Below are positions 17,868 through 26,376 of a DNA stretch of 32,000 bases, piece after piece (positions within the stretch are counted from its first letter, which is position 1; the number at the start of each line of letters is the position of its first letter). The stretch is taken from NCBI RefSeq assembly GCF_037902255.1, contig NZ_CP147990.1, forward strand, positions 3,720,001 through 3,752,000. Direction: 5' to 3'. Origin of the DNA: Candidatus Electrothrix sp. GW3-4 (GTDB lineage Bacteria > Desulfobacterota > Desulfobulbia > Desulfobulbales > Desulfobulbaceae). The notes below the pieces were generated by a model, which saw only the letters and a program-made list of their open reading frames with translations, ran no database searches and was not told the DNA's origin. The position numbers and the translations under genes were made by a program.

Positions 17868-19208
17868 TTAGCGGGTAATTCCGCCGACCAGATCATATGT
17901 ATGGGCCTCGGTGATTTCTACTGTCACGATATCACCGGGGTTTGCTATCCCATCGTTAATAAAGACACAACCGTCAATATCTGGCGCCTGATATCGGGTT
18001 CGTCCCTCTAAGAGCAAGTCTGTCTCCTGACTCACTCCTTCGACCAAAACGACCTCTTTCCTTCCGACATACTGCTCCAGGCGTTGTGCGCTGACCTCCG
18101 CCTGCACCTCCATAACCTGGGCAAAACGTTCCTCGCGGACCTTTCTTTCCACCTTTTCCGGCAAATCAGCTGCGATTGATCCCTGTTCCGCCTCGTAAGG
18201 AAAAACACCCACATGATCTAATCGCCATCTTTGCAGACAATCAATGAGCTTTTCTATATCATCTTCTGTTTCTCCGGGAAAGCCGACCATCATAGTAGTG
18301 CGCAGGGCACAGTCGGGTAAAATCCGGCGGATCGTGGTGATGAGTTGCTCCAGCTCCTGTTGCCCGTAGCGCCGCCCCATTCTCTGTAGGACAGGACCAC
18401 TGACATGTTGAAAGGGGATATCCAGATAGGGCAGAATACGGGGGTGCTCAGCCATCAACTCAAGGAGCTCTACAGAAACGGAAGAGGGATAGAGGTAGAG
18501 TAGGCGAAACCAGGGGATTTCTGTTTCGGCAAGGAGCTGCTCTAAAAGCGAGACAAGATTCTCCCCGGCTTTGAGATCATCGCCGTAAGCGGTCAGATCC
18601 TGAGCGATCAGAGACAGCTCCTTTACCCCGCCCTGCTCCAGGGCCTTGGCCTCGATAATCAAATCCTGAACAGATCTGCTGCGGAGGTCACCTCGTATCA
18701 TTGGAATCATGCAATAGGTACAGCGATTATCACAGCCCTCGGTGATTTTGAGATAACTGCGAAAAAACGGGGTTGCCAATCTGCGCAGCACACCGCTATC
18801 GGCAAGGAAAGAGGAAGGCCCTTTAAGAAACAAGGAGGGACTGCCTGGGGACCAGCCCTTCACCAAGGACGCGATCTCCAGTTCCTCATCAATCCCGACA
18901 AAAAAATCCACCTCAGGGAGTTCCTCTTGCAGGTCTTTGCCGTAACGCTGGACCATGCAACCGGTGACCACCAATTTTTTCGTTGGGTCATCCTGTTTAT
19001 ACTCTGCAAGGCGGAGGATTTCATCCACAGCCTCTTCCACAGCCGGACGAATAAATCCGCAGGTATTAATAAGGAGCAATTCCGCCTCAGCCGGGTCCTC
19101 CACAGTCGTATATCCTTCGAGCTCAAGCGAGCCGAGCATCATCTCAGAATCGACCAGATTCTTCGCGCAACCGAGGCTTGTCAGGTGCATTTTCTTCTGA
19201 ATTGTCAT
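17868..19208 (-). CDS. rimO: Ribosomal protein S12 methylthiotransferase RimO (radical SAM, MiaB family)
   Basis: N-terminal LTSLGCAKNLVDSE, radical-SAM CDNRCTYC and a C-terminal TRAM domain. The ORF opens at 19226, but the ATG at 19208 (MTIQKK...) follows AAGAGGG and gives a typical RimO N-terminus. The start is uncertain by 18-36 nt. Confidence 0.9.
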   Translation of the reverse strand: MTIQKKMHLTSLGCAKNLVDSEMMLGSLELEGYTTVEDPAEAELLLINTCGFIRPAVEEAVDEILRLAEYKQDDPTKKLVVTGCMVQRYGKDLQEELPEVDFFVGIDEELEIASLVKGWSPGSPSLFLKGPSSFLADSGVLRRLATPFFRSYLKITEGCDNRCTYCMIPMIRGDLRSRSVQDLIIEAKALEQGGVKELSLIAQDLTAYGDDLKAGENLVSLLEQLLAETEIPWFRLLYLYPSSVSVELLELMAEHPRILPYLDIPFQHVSGPVLQRMGRRYGQQELEQLITTIRRILPDCALRTTMMVGFPGETEDDIEKLIDCLQRWRLDHVGVFPYEAEQGSIAADLPEKVERKVREERFAQVMEVQAEVSAQRLEQYVGRKEVVLVEGVSQETDLLLEGRTRYQAPDIDGCVFINDGIANPGDIVTVEITEAHTYDLVGGITR

Positions 19209-19443
19209 TATCCCTCTTACCACCATTTAGCTATTATTAACTCTTTTACCTTTGCCCCACACCCTAGCTTCCTGATTCCACGACCATCATCTCGTCCTTA
19301 ATCCAGAGGACAGTACGGGACAAGACAGCTTTATAATGTCCCGTATAACCTGTCAAGATTTTAATCTCATCCTCACGGCAGGTAAATTCCGGGTGGTTGG
19401 CATATTTTCGACGAGATGTTATGCTCGGGAGATGCAGTTACTC

Positions 19444-19486
19444 CTGCGCGGAATGAAAAATTCTCTGCATTCTTCATCCCGCGCAG
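19444..19486. promoter_or_regulatory. Inverted repeat in the rimO/argF divergent intergenic region (CTGCGCGGAATGAA-15 nt-TTCATCCCGCGCAG)
   Basis: 14-nt arms with one mismatch, read directly. It contains TGAA/TTCA elements loosely reminiscent of ARG-box halves. Function unknown. Confidence 0.35.
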
Positions 19487-19593
19487 CAGTATGAGGAACA
19501 ATTTATGAAGTTACCAGCAGAATTACTTTGCAAAAGCGATGTTTTTTTTATATCAATTATTTTTGGGCTCAATAGCCTGTGTTCTGTTCAGCA

Positions 19594-19631
19594 CAGGCAG
19601 AGGAGGACTTCTCCTGCCAGCCTGTTTTTTT
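19594..19631 (+). terminator. Terminator-like hairpin plus T7 tract inside the argF leader (candidate attenuator)
   Basis: CAGGC...GGAG-gactt-CTCC...GCCTG is followed immediately by TTTTTTT (19625-19631), 22 nt before the argF ATG. An alternative upstream hairpin GCCTGTG(19575-81)/CACAGGC(19592-98) overlaps its 5' arm. Confidence 0.4.
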
Positions 19632-19653
19632 GAACATTAAGATAACTACTCCT

Positions 19654-20574
19654 ATGAATACCCATTTATTAGCGCTCCAGAACTTTACCCAACCACAACT
19701 GCAGGCCTTTCTTGAGCGGGCCGCAGTACTAAAAAAAGAAAAACAGGACGGTCTGCGACATCAGCAGCTTGCCGGAAGAAAAATATGCATGCTGTTTGAA
19801 AAGCCCTCAACCAGGACCAGGGTATCCTTTGAAGCGGCTATGTATGAGATGGGCGGTCAAGTTATTTTTATGTCGGCCAAGGAAAGCCAGTTAGGGCGGG
19901 GAGAGCCTCTCAAAGATACCGCCCGGGTCTTGGCCCGTTACGTCGATGCTCTTGTGGTTCGCACCTTTGGCCAGGAGGTCGTGGAAGAGTTGGCTCTTTT
20001 TTCTGCCGTCCCGGTCATCAATGCCCTGACTGACCTGCACCACCCCTGCCAGATTCTCAGTGATATCATGACGGTGATTGAGCAAAAAGGGGACCCGAGT
20101 GAGTTAAAGATTGTCTGGATCGGTGATGGCAATAATATGGCCAACTCCTGGATTCAGGCAGCTTCAGTACTCGGTTTTTCTTTGACCCTTGCCTGCCCGA
20201 GAGGATATGATCCTGACCCGACCATCCTGGAAGCTGCACAACAGCGGGCAAAGAAAACGATCACGCTGCTCCGGGACCCGGCGGAGGCCATGCAGGATGC
20301 AGATATCGTTAATGTGGATGTCTGGGCATCTATGGGCCAGGAAGACGAGGCAGAGAAGCGGCTGGCTGTTTTTCAACCCTATCAACTTAATAAGGCCCTG
20401 CTCGCACATGCAGCGCCTGATGCCATTGTTCTTCACTGCCTTCCCGCCCATCGGGATGAAGAAATCACCGAGGAAATCTTAGAAGGCTCCCAATGTGTCG
20501 CCTTTGATCAGGCGGAAAATAAAATGCACATGCATAAGGCGATCCTGGAGTATTTAATTAACGGCATGGTCTGA
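19654..20574 (+). CDS. argF: Ornithine carbamoyltransferase
   Basis: Motifs FEKPSTRTRVSFE, HPCQ, the DxxxSMG-type motif and HCLP are all present. The ORF track opens at a GTG at 19579, but the ATG at 19654 gives the canonical length of about 306 aa, and the upstream part overlaps the leader hairpins. Confidence 0.9.
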   Translation: MNTHLLALQNFTQPQLQAFLERAAVLKKEKQDGLRHQQLAGRKICMLFEKPSTRTRVSFEAAMYEMGGQVIFMSAKESQLGRGEPLKDTARVLARYVDALVVRTFGQEVVEELALFSAVPVINALTDLHHPCQILSDIMTVIEQKGDPSELKIVWIGDGNNMANSWIQAASVLGFSLTLACPRGYDPDPTILEAAQQRAKKTITLLRDPAEAMQDADIVNVDVWASMGQEDEAEKRLAVFQPYQLNKALLAHAAPDAIVLHCLPAHRDEEITEEILEGSQCVAFDQAENKMHMHKAILEYLINGMV

Positions 20575-20600
20575 TCGGGCATCAACCCAAGGGCGACCTT

Positions 20601-20628
20601 GTAGGGGCACGGCGCGCCGTGCCCCTAC
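20601..20628. repeat. REP-like perfect 28-bp GC-rich palindrome GTAGGGGCACGGCG/CGCCGTGCCCCTAC between argF and argG
   Basis: Exact 14+14 reverse-complement arms read directly. A close copy lies at 26285-26312. The motif GGGCGACC immediately upstream (20591-20598) matches the arm of the variant at 4864-4871. Confidence 0.85.
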
Positions 20629-20672
20629 AGTATCTCCCGATTCTCCTTTCTACAAAACAATAAACAAACATC

Positions 20673-21869
20673 ATGAGTGTACATAAAATAGTACTCGCCT
20701 ATTCAGGCGGATTAGATACCTCAGTTATCCTGAAATGGCTTGCTGAAGAATACGAATGCCCTATTATTGCCTATTCTGCTGATGTCGGTCAGAAGGAAGA
20801 TTGGGATGCTGTACGGGAAAAAGGCATGGCCACTGGCGCGGAAAAGGTGATCATTTCTGATCTGCGCGAGGAGTTTGTGCGCGACTATATTTTCCCTGCC
20901 TTTCGTGCCAATGCCATCTACGAAGGATCCTACCTTCTCGGCACCTCTTTGGCCCGCCCTATCATCGCCAAAGAGCAGGTCCGCATCGCTGAACAAGAAG
21001 GCGCAAATGCGGTCAGTCACGGGGCCACGGGCAAGGGCAATGATCAGGTCCGTTTTGAACTGGGCTATCTGGCCTTGAATCCTAAACTACAGATCATTGC
21101 CCCTTGGCGAATCTGGGACCTCAATTCCCGCAAAAAACTGGTCGCCTTTGCCAAGGAACACGATATTCCCATTCCGACCACCAAGAAGAACCCCTACAGC
21201 TCAGACGAAAACCTGCTTCATATCAGCTTTGAAGGCGGCATCCTGGAGAACCCCTGGAACGAGCCGGAAGAGGATATGTTCAAGCTCTCTGTGTCCCCGG
21301 AAAATGCCCCGGACAAACCAACCTATATCGAGATGGACTTTGAGCGGGGTGACCCTGTGGCCATCAACGGTGAACGCTTAGGGCCGGTGGAGCTGCTCAC
21401 TGAGCTCAATCGTTTGGGCGGCGCGAACGGGATTGGCCGTCTGGACATGGTGGAAAATCGCTTTGTGGGCATGAAATCACGCGGGGTTTATGAGACACCG
21501 GGCGGGACCATCCTTCGGGAGGCCCATCGGGATCTGGAGACCATCACCTTGGACCGGGAAATTCTGCGCATTCGGGACAGCTTGGTACCGGAGTACGCCA
21601 AGCTGATCTATAACGGCTTCTGGTTTTCTCCAGAGATGGAGATCCTGCAAACGACTATGGATGAAAGTCAAAAGACCGTGAATGGTACGGTCCGCCTGAA
21701 ACTCTACAAGGGCAACTGCATCCCGGTAGGACGTAAATCAGGCAACTCCCTGTACTCAGAGGCACACGCTACCTTTGAGGAGGATGCGGTCTATGATCAG
21801 GTCGACGCTGGCGGTTTTATCCGCCTAAACTCCTTGCGCCTACAAATTCAGGCTTTGAATCGAAAATAG
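20673..21869 (+). CDS. argG: Argininosuccinate synthase
   Basis: 398 aa. N-terminal [12 protein letters not shown]-binding motif and the [13 protein letters not shown] motif, with full-length resemblance to type-I ArgG. Confidence 0.95.
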   Translation: MSVHKIVLAYSGGLDTSVILKWLAEEYECPIIAYSADVGQKEDWDAVREKGMATGAEKVIISDLREEFVRDYIFPAFRANAIYEGSYLLGTSLARPIIAKEQVRIAEQEGANAVSHGATGKGNDQVRFELGYLALNPKLQIIAPWRIWDLNSRKKLVAFAKEHDIPIPTTKKNPYSSDENLLHISFEGGILENPWNEPEEDMFKLSVSPENAPDKPTYIEMDFERGDPVAINGERLGPVELLTELNRLGGANGIGRLDMVENRFVGMKSRGVYETPGGTILREAHRDLETITLDREILRIRDSLVPEYAKLIYNGFWFSPEMEILQTTMDESQKTVNGTVRLKLYKGNCIPVGRKSGNSLYSEAHATFEEDAVYDQVDAGGFIRLNSLRLQIQALNRK

Positions 21870-21902
21870 GGTACTCAACTAGAAAAAAGCAAAAAAACAG
21901 AC

Positions 21903-23591
21903 ATGAAAATTCCTTACGGGTTAAGCAATTTCAAAGATGTTATTGAGGAGGGGTATCTTTATATCGACAAAACCTCCTATATAAATACATTAGAAGAGCA
22001 GGGAAAATTCAATATCCTGCTCCGCCCGCGCCGTTTCGGAAAAAGTCTGTTCCTTTCCACCCTCCTGTATTACTACGATACCAACGAAAAGGGTCATTTC
22101 GAGACCCTTTTTTCCAACCTGCACATCGGCGACAACCCGACACCGCTGAAAAACAGCTATCAGGTTCTGTTTATGGAATTCAGCGGCATCGCCGATACCG
22201 ACGCAAAGGCGGTTGAGCAGGAATTCCGTATTGAAGTACAAAAACGGCTGTGCGATTTTCTGCGCCGCTACGGATACCCTGCGGAGAGCCTGCAGCAGGT
22301 GAAAGCGGCTCCTTCAGCAGCCTCGGCCATGAAGATATTTTTTTACTGGACAGTAGATGCAAATATCTACCTCATGATCGACGAGTATGATCATTTTGCC
22401 AATTCCATCTTGGGGACCAGTCTGGAACGCTTTCGGGAAATCGTCGGCAGGGGCGGTTTCATGCGCAGCTTTTATGAAACAGTCAAGACCGCAACTATGG
22501 AAGGTATTGTTGATCGTTTTTTCATCACCGGGGTTACCTCCATTACGCTGGACAGTATGACCAGCGGGTTCAACATCGGCGAGAACATTACCCATCACCG
22601 CCTGTTCAATCAGGTGCTCGGCTTTACCGAAGAGGAGACCGAAAACATTGTCGAGCCGCTGGCGCGGAACTGCGCTCTTGATCGAATTGCGCTTATGAAC
22701 GACCTAAAAAGATGGTATAACGGGTATCTGTTTTCCGATGAACGGACTGAGCGGGTGTACAATGCGGACATGGTGCTGTACTTTGCGAAGAATTTCAATA
22801 GGGAAACCTGCGCCTATCCCAAAGCGATGCTGGACGACAACATCGCTTCGGACTACAAGAAAATCATGCAGCTGTTCGGGATCGGTGATCGGGCGGCGAA
22901 TTTTACAACGCTGGAAAAGCTGCTCACCAACGGAGAGATTATCGGCCTCCATAGCAGAAAGCTTTCTGCGGACAAAAATTTCGAGCAGAATGATTTCATC
23001 GCCCTGTTGTTGTATATGGGTTTTGTGACCATTACCGGTACCTTGCTGAATCGGTTACGTTACGGTATTCCAAACTATGTTATCCAAAAACTCTATTATG
23101 ATTATTTCAGAGAGGAAATCGAACAGCGGGCCAAAATCAGCATTTCAAAAGACGCTATAGAAAATGCTGTGGCCGAACTTGCTCTGCACAACAACATCAA
23201 GCCGCTGACCGAAGAAATCGGCAGAGTCCTCGCTCTGTTCTCCAACCGTGATTTCATGAACATGGATGAAAAGCACATCAAGGCTGTGATTCTGACTCTG
23301 TTATATCAATCTGAGGTGTACTTCATCCGTAGTGAGGCTGAGGTGAACAATCGCTACCCGGATATTCTTCTGCTGGAACGCAGCCCCGTTGAAGTGCCCA
23401 ATCAATTTCTCCTTGAGCTGAAGTTCAGTAAGAAAAAGGATGGGGAGCAGGGATGGCAACGGAAAAAAGAAGAAGGGATCAGGCAGGTGCAAAGATATCT
23501 GGAGCTGGAGGATGTGAGTGCTTTGCCCAAGCTCATGGCTTACTTGCTTGTCACCGACGGAACTAAAATTGAGGCGGTTGCAGTGAGCTGA
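21903..23591 (+). CDS. AAA-ATPase-like domain protein with C-terminal PD-(D/E)XK nuclease-like domain (PF09820 + PDDEXK_9/DUF1703 architecture)
   Basis: 562 aa. The N-terminus MKIPYGLSNFKDVIEEGYLYIDKTSYINTLEE...ILLRPRRFGKSLFLSTLLYYYD is the hallmark of the predicted AAA-ATPase family. The C-terminal part YPDILLLER...FLLELKF fits a PD-(D/E)XK-type D...E-x-K core. Confidence 0.85.
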   Translation: MKIPYGLSNFKDVIEEGYLYIDKTSYINTLEEQGKFNILLRPRRFGKSLFLSTLLYYYDTNEKGHFETLFSNLHIGDNPTPLKNSYQVLFMEFSGIADTDAKAVEQEFRIEVQKRLCDFLRRYGYPAESLQQVKAAPSAASAMKIFFYWTVDANIYLMIDEYDHFANSILGTSLERFREIVGRGGFMRSFYETVKTATMEGIVDRFFITGVTSITLDSMTSGFNIGENITHHRLFNQVLGFTEEETENIVEPLARNCALDRIALMNDLKRWYNGYLFSDERTERVYNADMVLYFAKNFNRETCAYPKAMLDDNIASDYKKIMQLFGIGDRAANFTTLEKLLTNGEIIGLHSRKLSADKNFEQNDFIALLLYMGFVTITGTLLNRLRYGIPNYVIQKLYYDYFREEIEQRAKISISKDAIENAVAELALHNNIKPLTEEIGRVLALFSNRDFMNMDEKHIKAVILTLLYQSEVYFIRSEAEVNNRYPDILLLERSPVEVPNQFLLELKFSKKKDGEQGWQRKKEEGIRQVQRYLELEDVSALPKLMAYLLVTDGTKIEAVAVS

Positions 23592-23675
23592 TCAGTTCCA
23601 CAGCAATTTATAGGGCAACTATCCATCGTTAAAAGTAGAAAATGCCGCCGTGAATAGACTATAAATAATAATTTT

Positions 23676-25085
23676 ATGACAAAACAAGGTACACAACCAC
23701 AAACATCCGGCAAACTCTGGGGTGGGCGCTTTGCCGAGCAGACCGCTGCCTCAGTAGAGGCCTTTACCGAGTCCATCTCCTACGACTGGCGACTGTACCG
23801 GCACGACATCATGGGATCCAAGGCCCATGCCCGCATGCTGGCCAAGCAAGGCTTGATCAGCGACGAAGAACGGGACGCCATCATTGCAGGCCTGAGCGAG
23901 ATTGAACAGGAAATCGACGAAGGCAAGTTCACCTTTCGGGAGGAGCTGGAAGATATTCACATGAATATCGAAAAGGCCCTGACCGATAAGATCGGTGCTG
24001 CCGGAGAAAAACTGCACACCGCCCGCAGCCGCAACGACCAGGTGGCCTTGGATATCCGCCTTTATCTCCGCGATGAAGGCGTCGTGCTGGACCAGCTCCT
24101 CAGCGAGGTCCAGAAAGGTTTCACTTGCCTGGCCCGCACCAATCTCGGCGCGGTGATGCCGGGTTACACCCATCTTCAGCGTGCCCAGCCGGTCCTGCTT
24201 TCCCATCATCTCCTGGCCTATATGGAGATGTTCGGGCGGGATCGGGAACGAATCGCTGACTGCATGAAACGAATCAACATCATGCCCTTGGGCTCAGCAG
24301 CCCTTGCAGGCACCGGCCTGCCCATTGATCGGGAATTTGTTGCCAAAGAACTCGGCTTCCCGACAGTCACCGCCAACTCTATGGACACCACGGCGGATCG
24401 CGACTTTGCCATGGAGCTGCTCTTCTGCCTGACCACCATCCAGCTCCACCTGAGCAGAATGGCCGAGGAATTTGTCCTCTGGTCCTCCAAGGAATTTGAC
24501 TTCATCCGCATCGGCGATAAATACTGCACTGGCTCTTCCATCATGCCGCAAAAGAAAAACCCGGATATCCCCGAGTTAATTCGAGGTAAGGCCGGACGAG
24601 TGACCGGCTCGCTGGTCTCGCTGCTGATGACGGTCAAGGGACTGCCGCTCACCTATAACCGAGACTTGCAGGAAGACAAGGAGCCGCTCTTTGACGCCCT
24701 GGATACGGTCAAGGCGAGCCTCTCCATCACAGCCGAGCTGCTGGCGAACAGCGACTTTGATACAGAACGGATGAAAGCGGCAACCTATGGCGGTTTTATG
24801 ACCGCCACGGATATTGCGGATTATCTGGTGAAGAAGAACATGCCCTTTCGCCAGGCCCACGGCGTGGTGGGCAAAATTGTCGCCCTCTGCCAGGAACGTG
24901 ATATTGAGCTGATTGAGTTGCGCCTGGATGAGCTGCAAGAGTTTTCAGATTTGATAGAGGAAGATATTTTTGATGTCCTTTCCGTAGAAGGCTCGGTCAA
25001 CAGCCGGGTGTCCATAGGCGGTACCTCGAAGTTACGGGTTGCCGAGGCCTTGGAACGTGCGGAACAACAACTGGGGATAGTATAA
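23676..25085 (+). CDS. argH: Argininosuccinate lyase
   Basis: 469 aa. N-terminal [17 protein letters not shown], the fumarate-lyase signature [12 protein letters not shown], and full-length resemblance to ArgH. Confidence 0.95.
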   Translation: MTKQGTQPQTSGKLWGGRFAEQTAASVEAFTESISYDWRLYRHDIMGSKAHARMLAKQGLISDEERDAIIAGLSEIEQEIDEGKFTFREELEDIHMNIEKALTDKIGAAGEKLHTARSRNDQVALDIRLYLRDEGVVLDQLLSEVQKGFTCLARTNLGAVMPGYTHLQRAQPVLLSHHLLAYMEMFGRDRERIADCMKRINIMPLGSAALAGTGLPIDREFVAKELGFPTVTANSMDTTADRDFAMELLFCLTTIQLHLSRMAEEFVLWSSKEFDFIRIGDKYCTGSSIMPQKKNPDIPELIRGKAGRVTGSLVSLLMTVKGLPLTYNRDLQEDKEPLFDALDTVKASLSITAELLANSDFDTERMKAATYGGFMTATDIADYLVKKNMPFRQAHGVVGKIVALCQERDIELIELRLDELQEFSDLIEEDIFDVLSVEGSVNSRVSIGGTSKLRVAEALERAEQQLGIV

Positions 25086-26155
25086 TGAAAACAGATATTA
25101 TGAAGCGAAGTTCTCTTGTCTGCGGCTTGCTGAGCGGTCTGCTGCTGAGCGGTCTGAGCGGCTGCGGCTACAAAAATGATCCGGTGGCACCGCAGGCCCT
25201 GGTTCCTGTCCCTATTAATGACCTACGCTATGAGCTGACCGATAAGGGCGCTGTCCTGCATTGGAACTATCCCACCGAGACTGTGGGCGGTGAGGACCTG
25301 AAAGAAATTGATTCCTTCATGCTCTACCGGGCCGAGGTCCCTACTGCTTCCTCCTGCGAGACCTGCCCTGTTCCTTTTGGCAGTCCGATCAAGGTGAATG
25401 GAGGAGTTATTCCTGAGCGTGAGGGAAAAAGGGCGGCCAGTTACGACATTGGTTTCCTGCGACCGGGCCATAAGTATTTCTTTAAGGTACTGAGCCGGAC
25501 CGGCTGGTTAACCCCGTCTGCTGATTCTAACCAGGTCAGTTTTACCTGGGAGACACCGCCAGCAGTTCCGCAGGATCTGATGGCTGAGGTTGGTGACAGC
25601 ATGGTTGCTCTCCAGTGGCAGCCGGTCGCTGCCTATCGTGACGGCAGCAAGGTCGAGAATGAAGAGATTATATACCAGGTCTCCCGCCGCGAAGGCAAGG
25701 GCTCTTTCCAAAATATAGGTAAGTTGCTGACCGAGCCAGAATTTATGGATAGCGAAGTCACCGGAGGCCATGAATACACCTACCGTGTCCAGGCCCTGAG
25801 TGCCTATGATGGTGATATGGTTGCCGGTGAGTTCAGCAAACCCGTTGACGTTGAAATAGTGGATCTGATTGCTCCGGCAACCCCGGAAAACGTCACCACT
25901 GTCCGCATAGCCAGTACGGTCAAGATTTTTTGGGATCAGGGTGCAGAGGCAGACATAGCCGGATATCGGGTATACCGCCGCTTGGGCAATGAAGACGACC
26001 CCACCATGATCGGCGAAGTTAAGGTGCCCTATAATATCTATGAGGATACCGAGGCTCCAGATGAAAATATGTATGTCTATTACTCGGTGAGCAGCTTTGA
26101 CAAGAGTGATCCAGCCAATGAGAGCGAACGCTCTGCTGAGGTAGAGGCTGAGTAA
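25085..26155 (+). CDS. Lipoprotein with about three fibronectin type III-like domains (LptM/LppL-like lipobox N-terminus)
   Basis: 356 aa. The start ATG overlaps the argH TAA by 1 nt. Lipobox LSG/CGYKNDP. Repeated about 90-aa modules with W...Y.V.A / Y.Y.V signatures typical of FN3. Confidence 0.8.
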   Translation: MKTDIMKRSSLVCGLLSGLLLSGLSGCGYKNDPVAPQALVPVPINDLRYELTDKGAVLHWNYPTETVGGEDLKEIDSFMLYRAEVPTASSCETCPVPFGSPIKVNGGVIPEREGKRAASYDIGFLRPGHKYFFKVLSRTGWLTPSADSNQVSFTWETPPAVPQDLMAEVGDSMVALQWQPVAAYRDGSKVENEEIIYQVSRREGKGSFQNIGKLLTEPEFMDSEVTGGHEYTYRVQALSAYDGDMVAGEFSKPVDVEIVDLIAPATPENVTTVRIASTVKIFWDQGAEADIAGYRVYRRLGNEDDPTMIGEVKVPYNIYEDTEAPDENMYVYYSVSSFDKSDPANESERSAEVEAE

Positions 26156-26198
26156 CGCTAACAGCTCAGATTTCTGCCGCAAACACATATGTTTTTCC

Positions 26199-26242
26199 AG
26201 CCGGTTATTGATCACGTAAGAGAGGATCGGTAGCCGGCTTTT
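26199..26242 (+). terminator. Candidate terminator after the FN3 lipoprotein gene
   Basis: Imperfect 15-nt arms AGCCGGTTATTGATC / GATCGGTAGCCGGCT with an 11-nt loop, followed by TTTT. Confidence 0.4.
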
Positions 26243-26284
26243 CCTTAGAACTGCCCGAAAAGAAATCCCTTTGTACAGAACTCT

Positions 26285-26312
26285 GTAAGGGCACGGCGTG
26301 CCGTGCCCCTAC
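26285..26312. repeat. REP-like GC-rich palindrome copy GTAAGGGCACGGCGTGCCGTGCCCCTAC upstream of lysA
   Basis: Near-identical to 20601-20628 (2 substitutions by eye). The stem GGGCACGG/CCGTGCCC is retained. Confidence 0.8.
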
Positions 26313-26376
26313 GGGATACGGGTTTCGCGGGACGGTCACAACACAAACATCTCATCAATAGAAAACAACAGCCACC

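Noticed and set aside
19432-19494. Possible 20-codon leader peptide (MQLLLRGMKNSLHSSSRAAV) overlapping the inverted repeat upstream of argF
   Set aside because: It has only two Arg codons and they are not tandem. The GGGAG lies immediately against the ATG (no spacer), and the ORF ends about 100 nt before the terminator-like hairpin. This is not convincing as an arginine-sensing leader.
19579-19653. Extended GTG start for argF given by the ORF track
   Set aside because: The extension adds 25 residues (MFCSAQAEEDFSCQPVFLNIKITTP) with no similarity to OTCase N-termini, and it overlaps the leader hairpins. The ATG at 19654 gives the canonical length.
25508-26215. 235-aa minus-strand ORF
   Set aside because: It is antisense to the FN3 lipoprotein gene, which has a lipobox, coupling to argH and repeated-domain structure. 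There are no motifs or RBS for the antisense frame.
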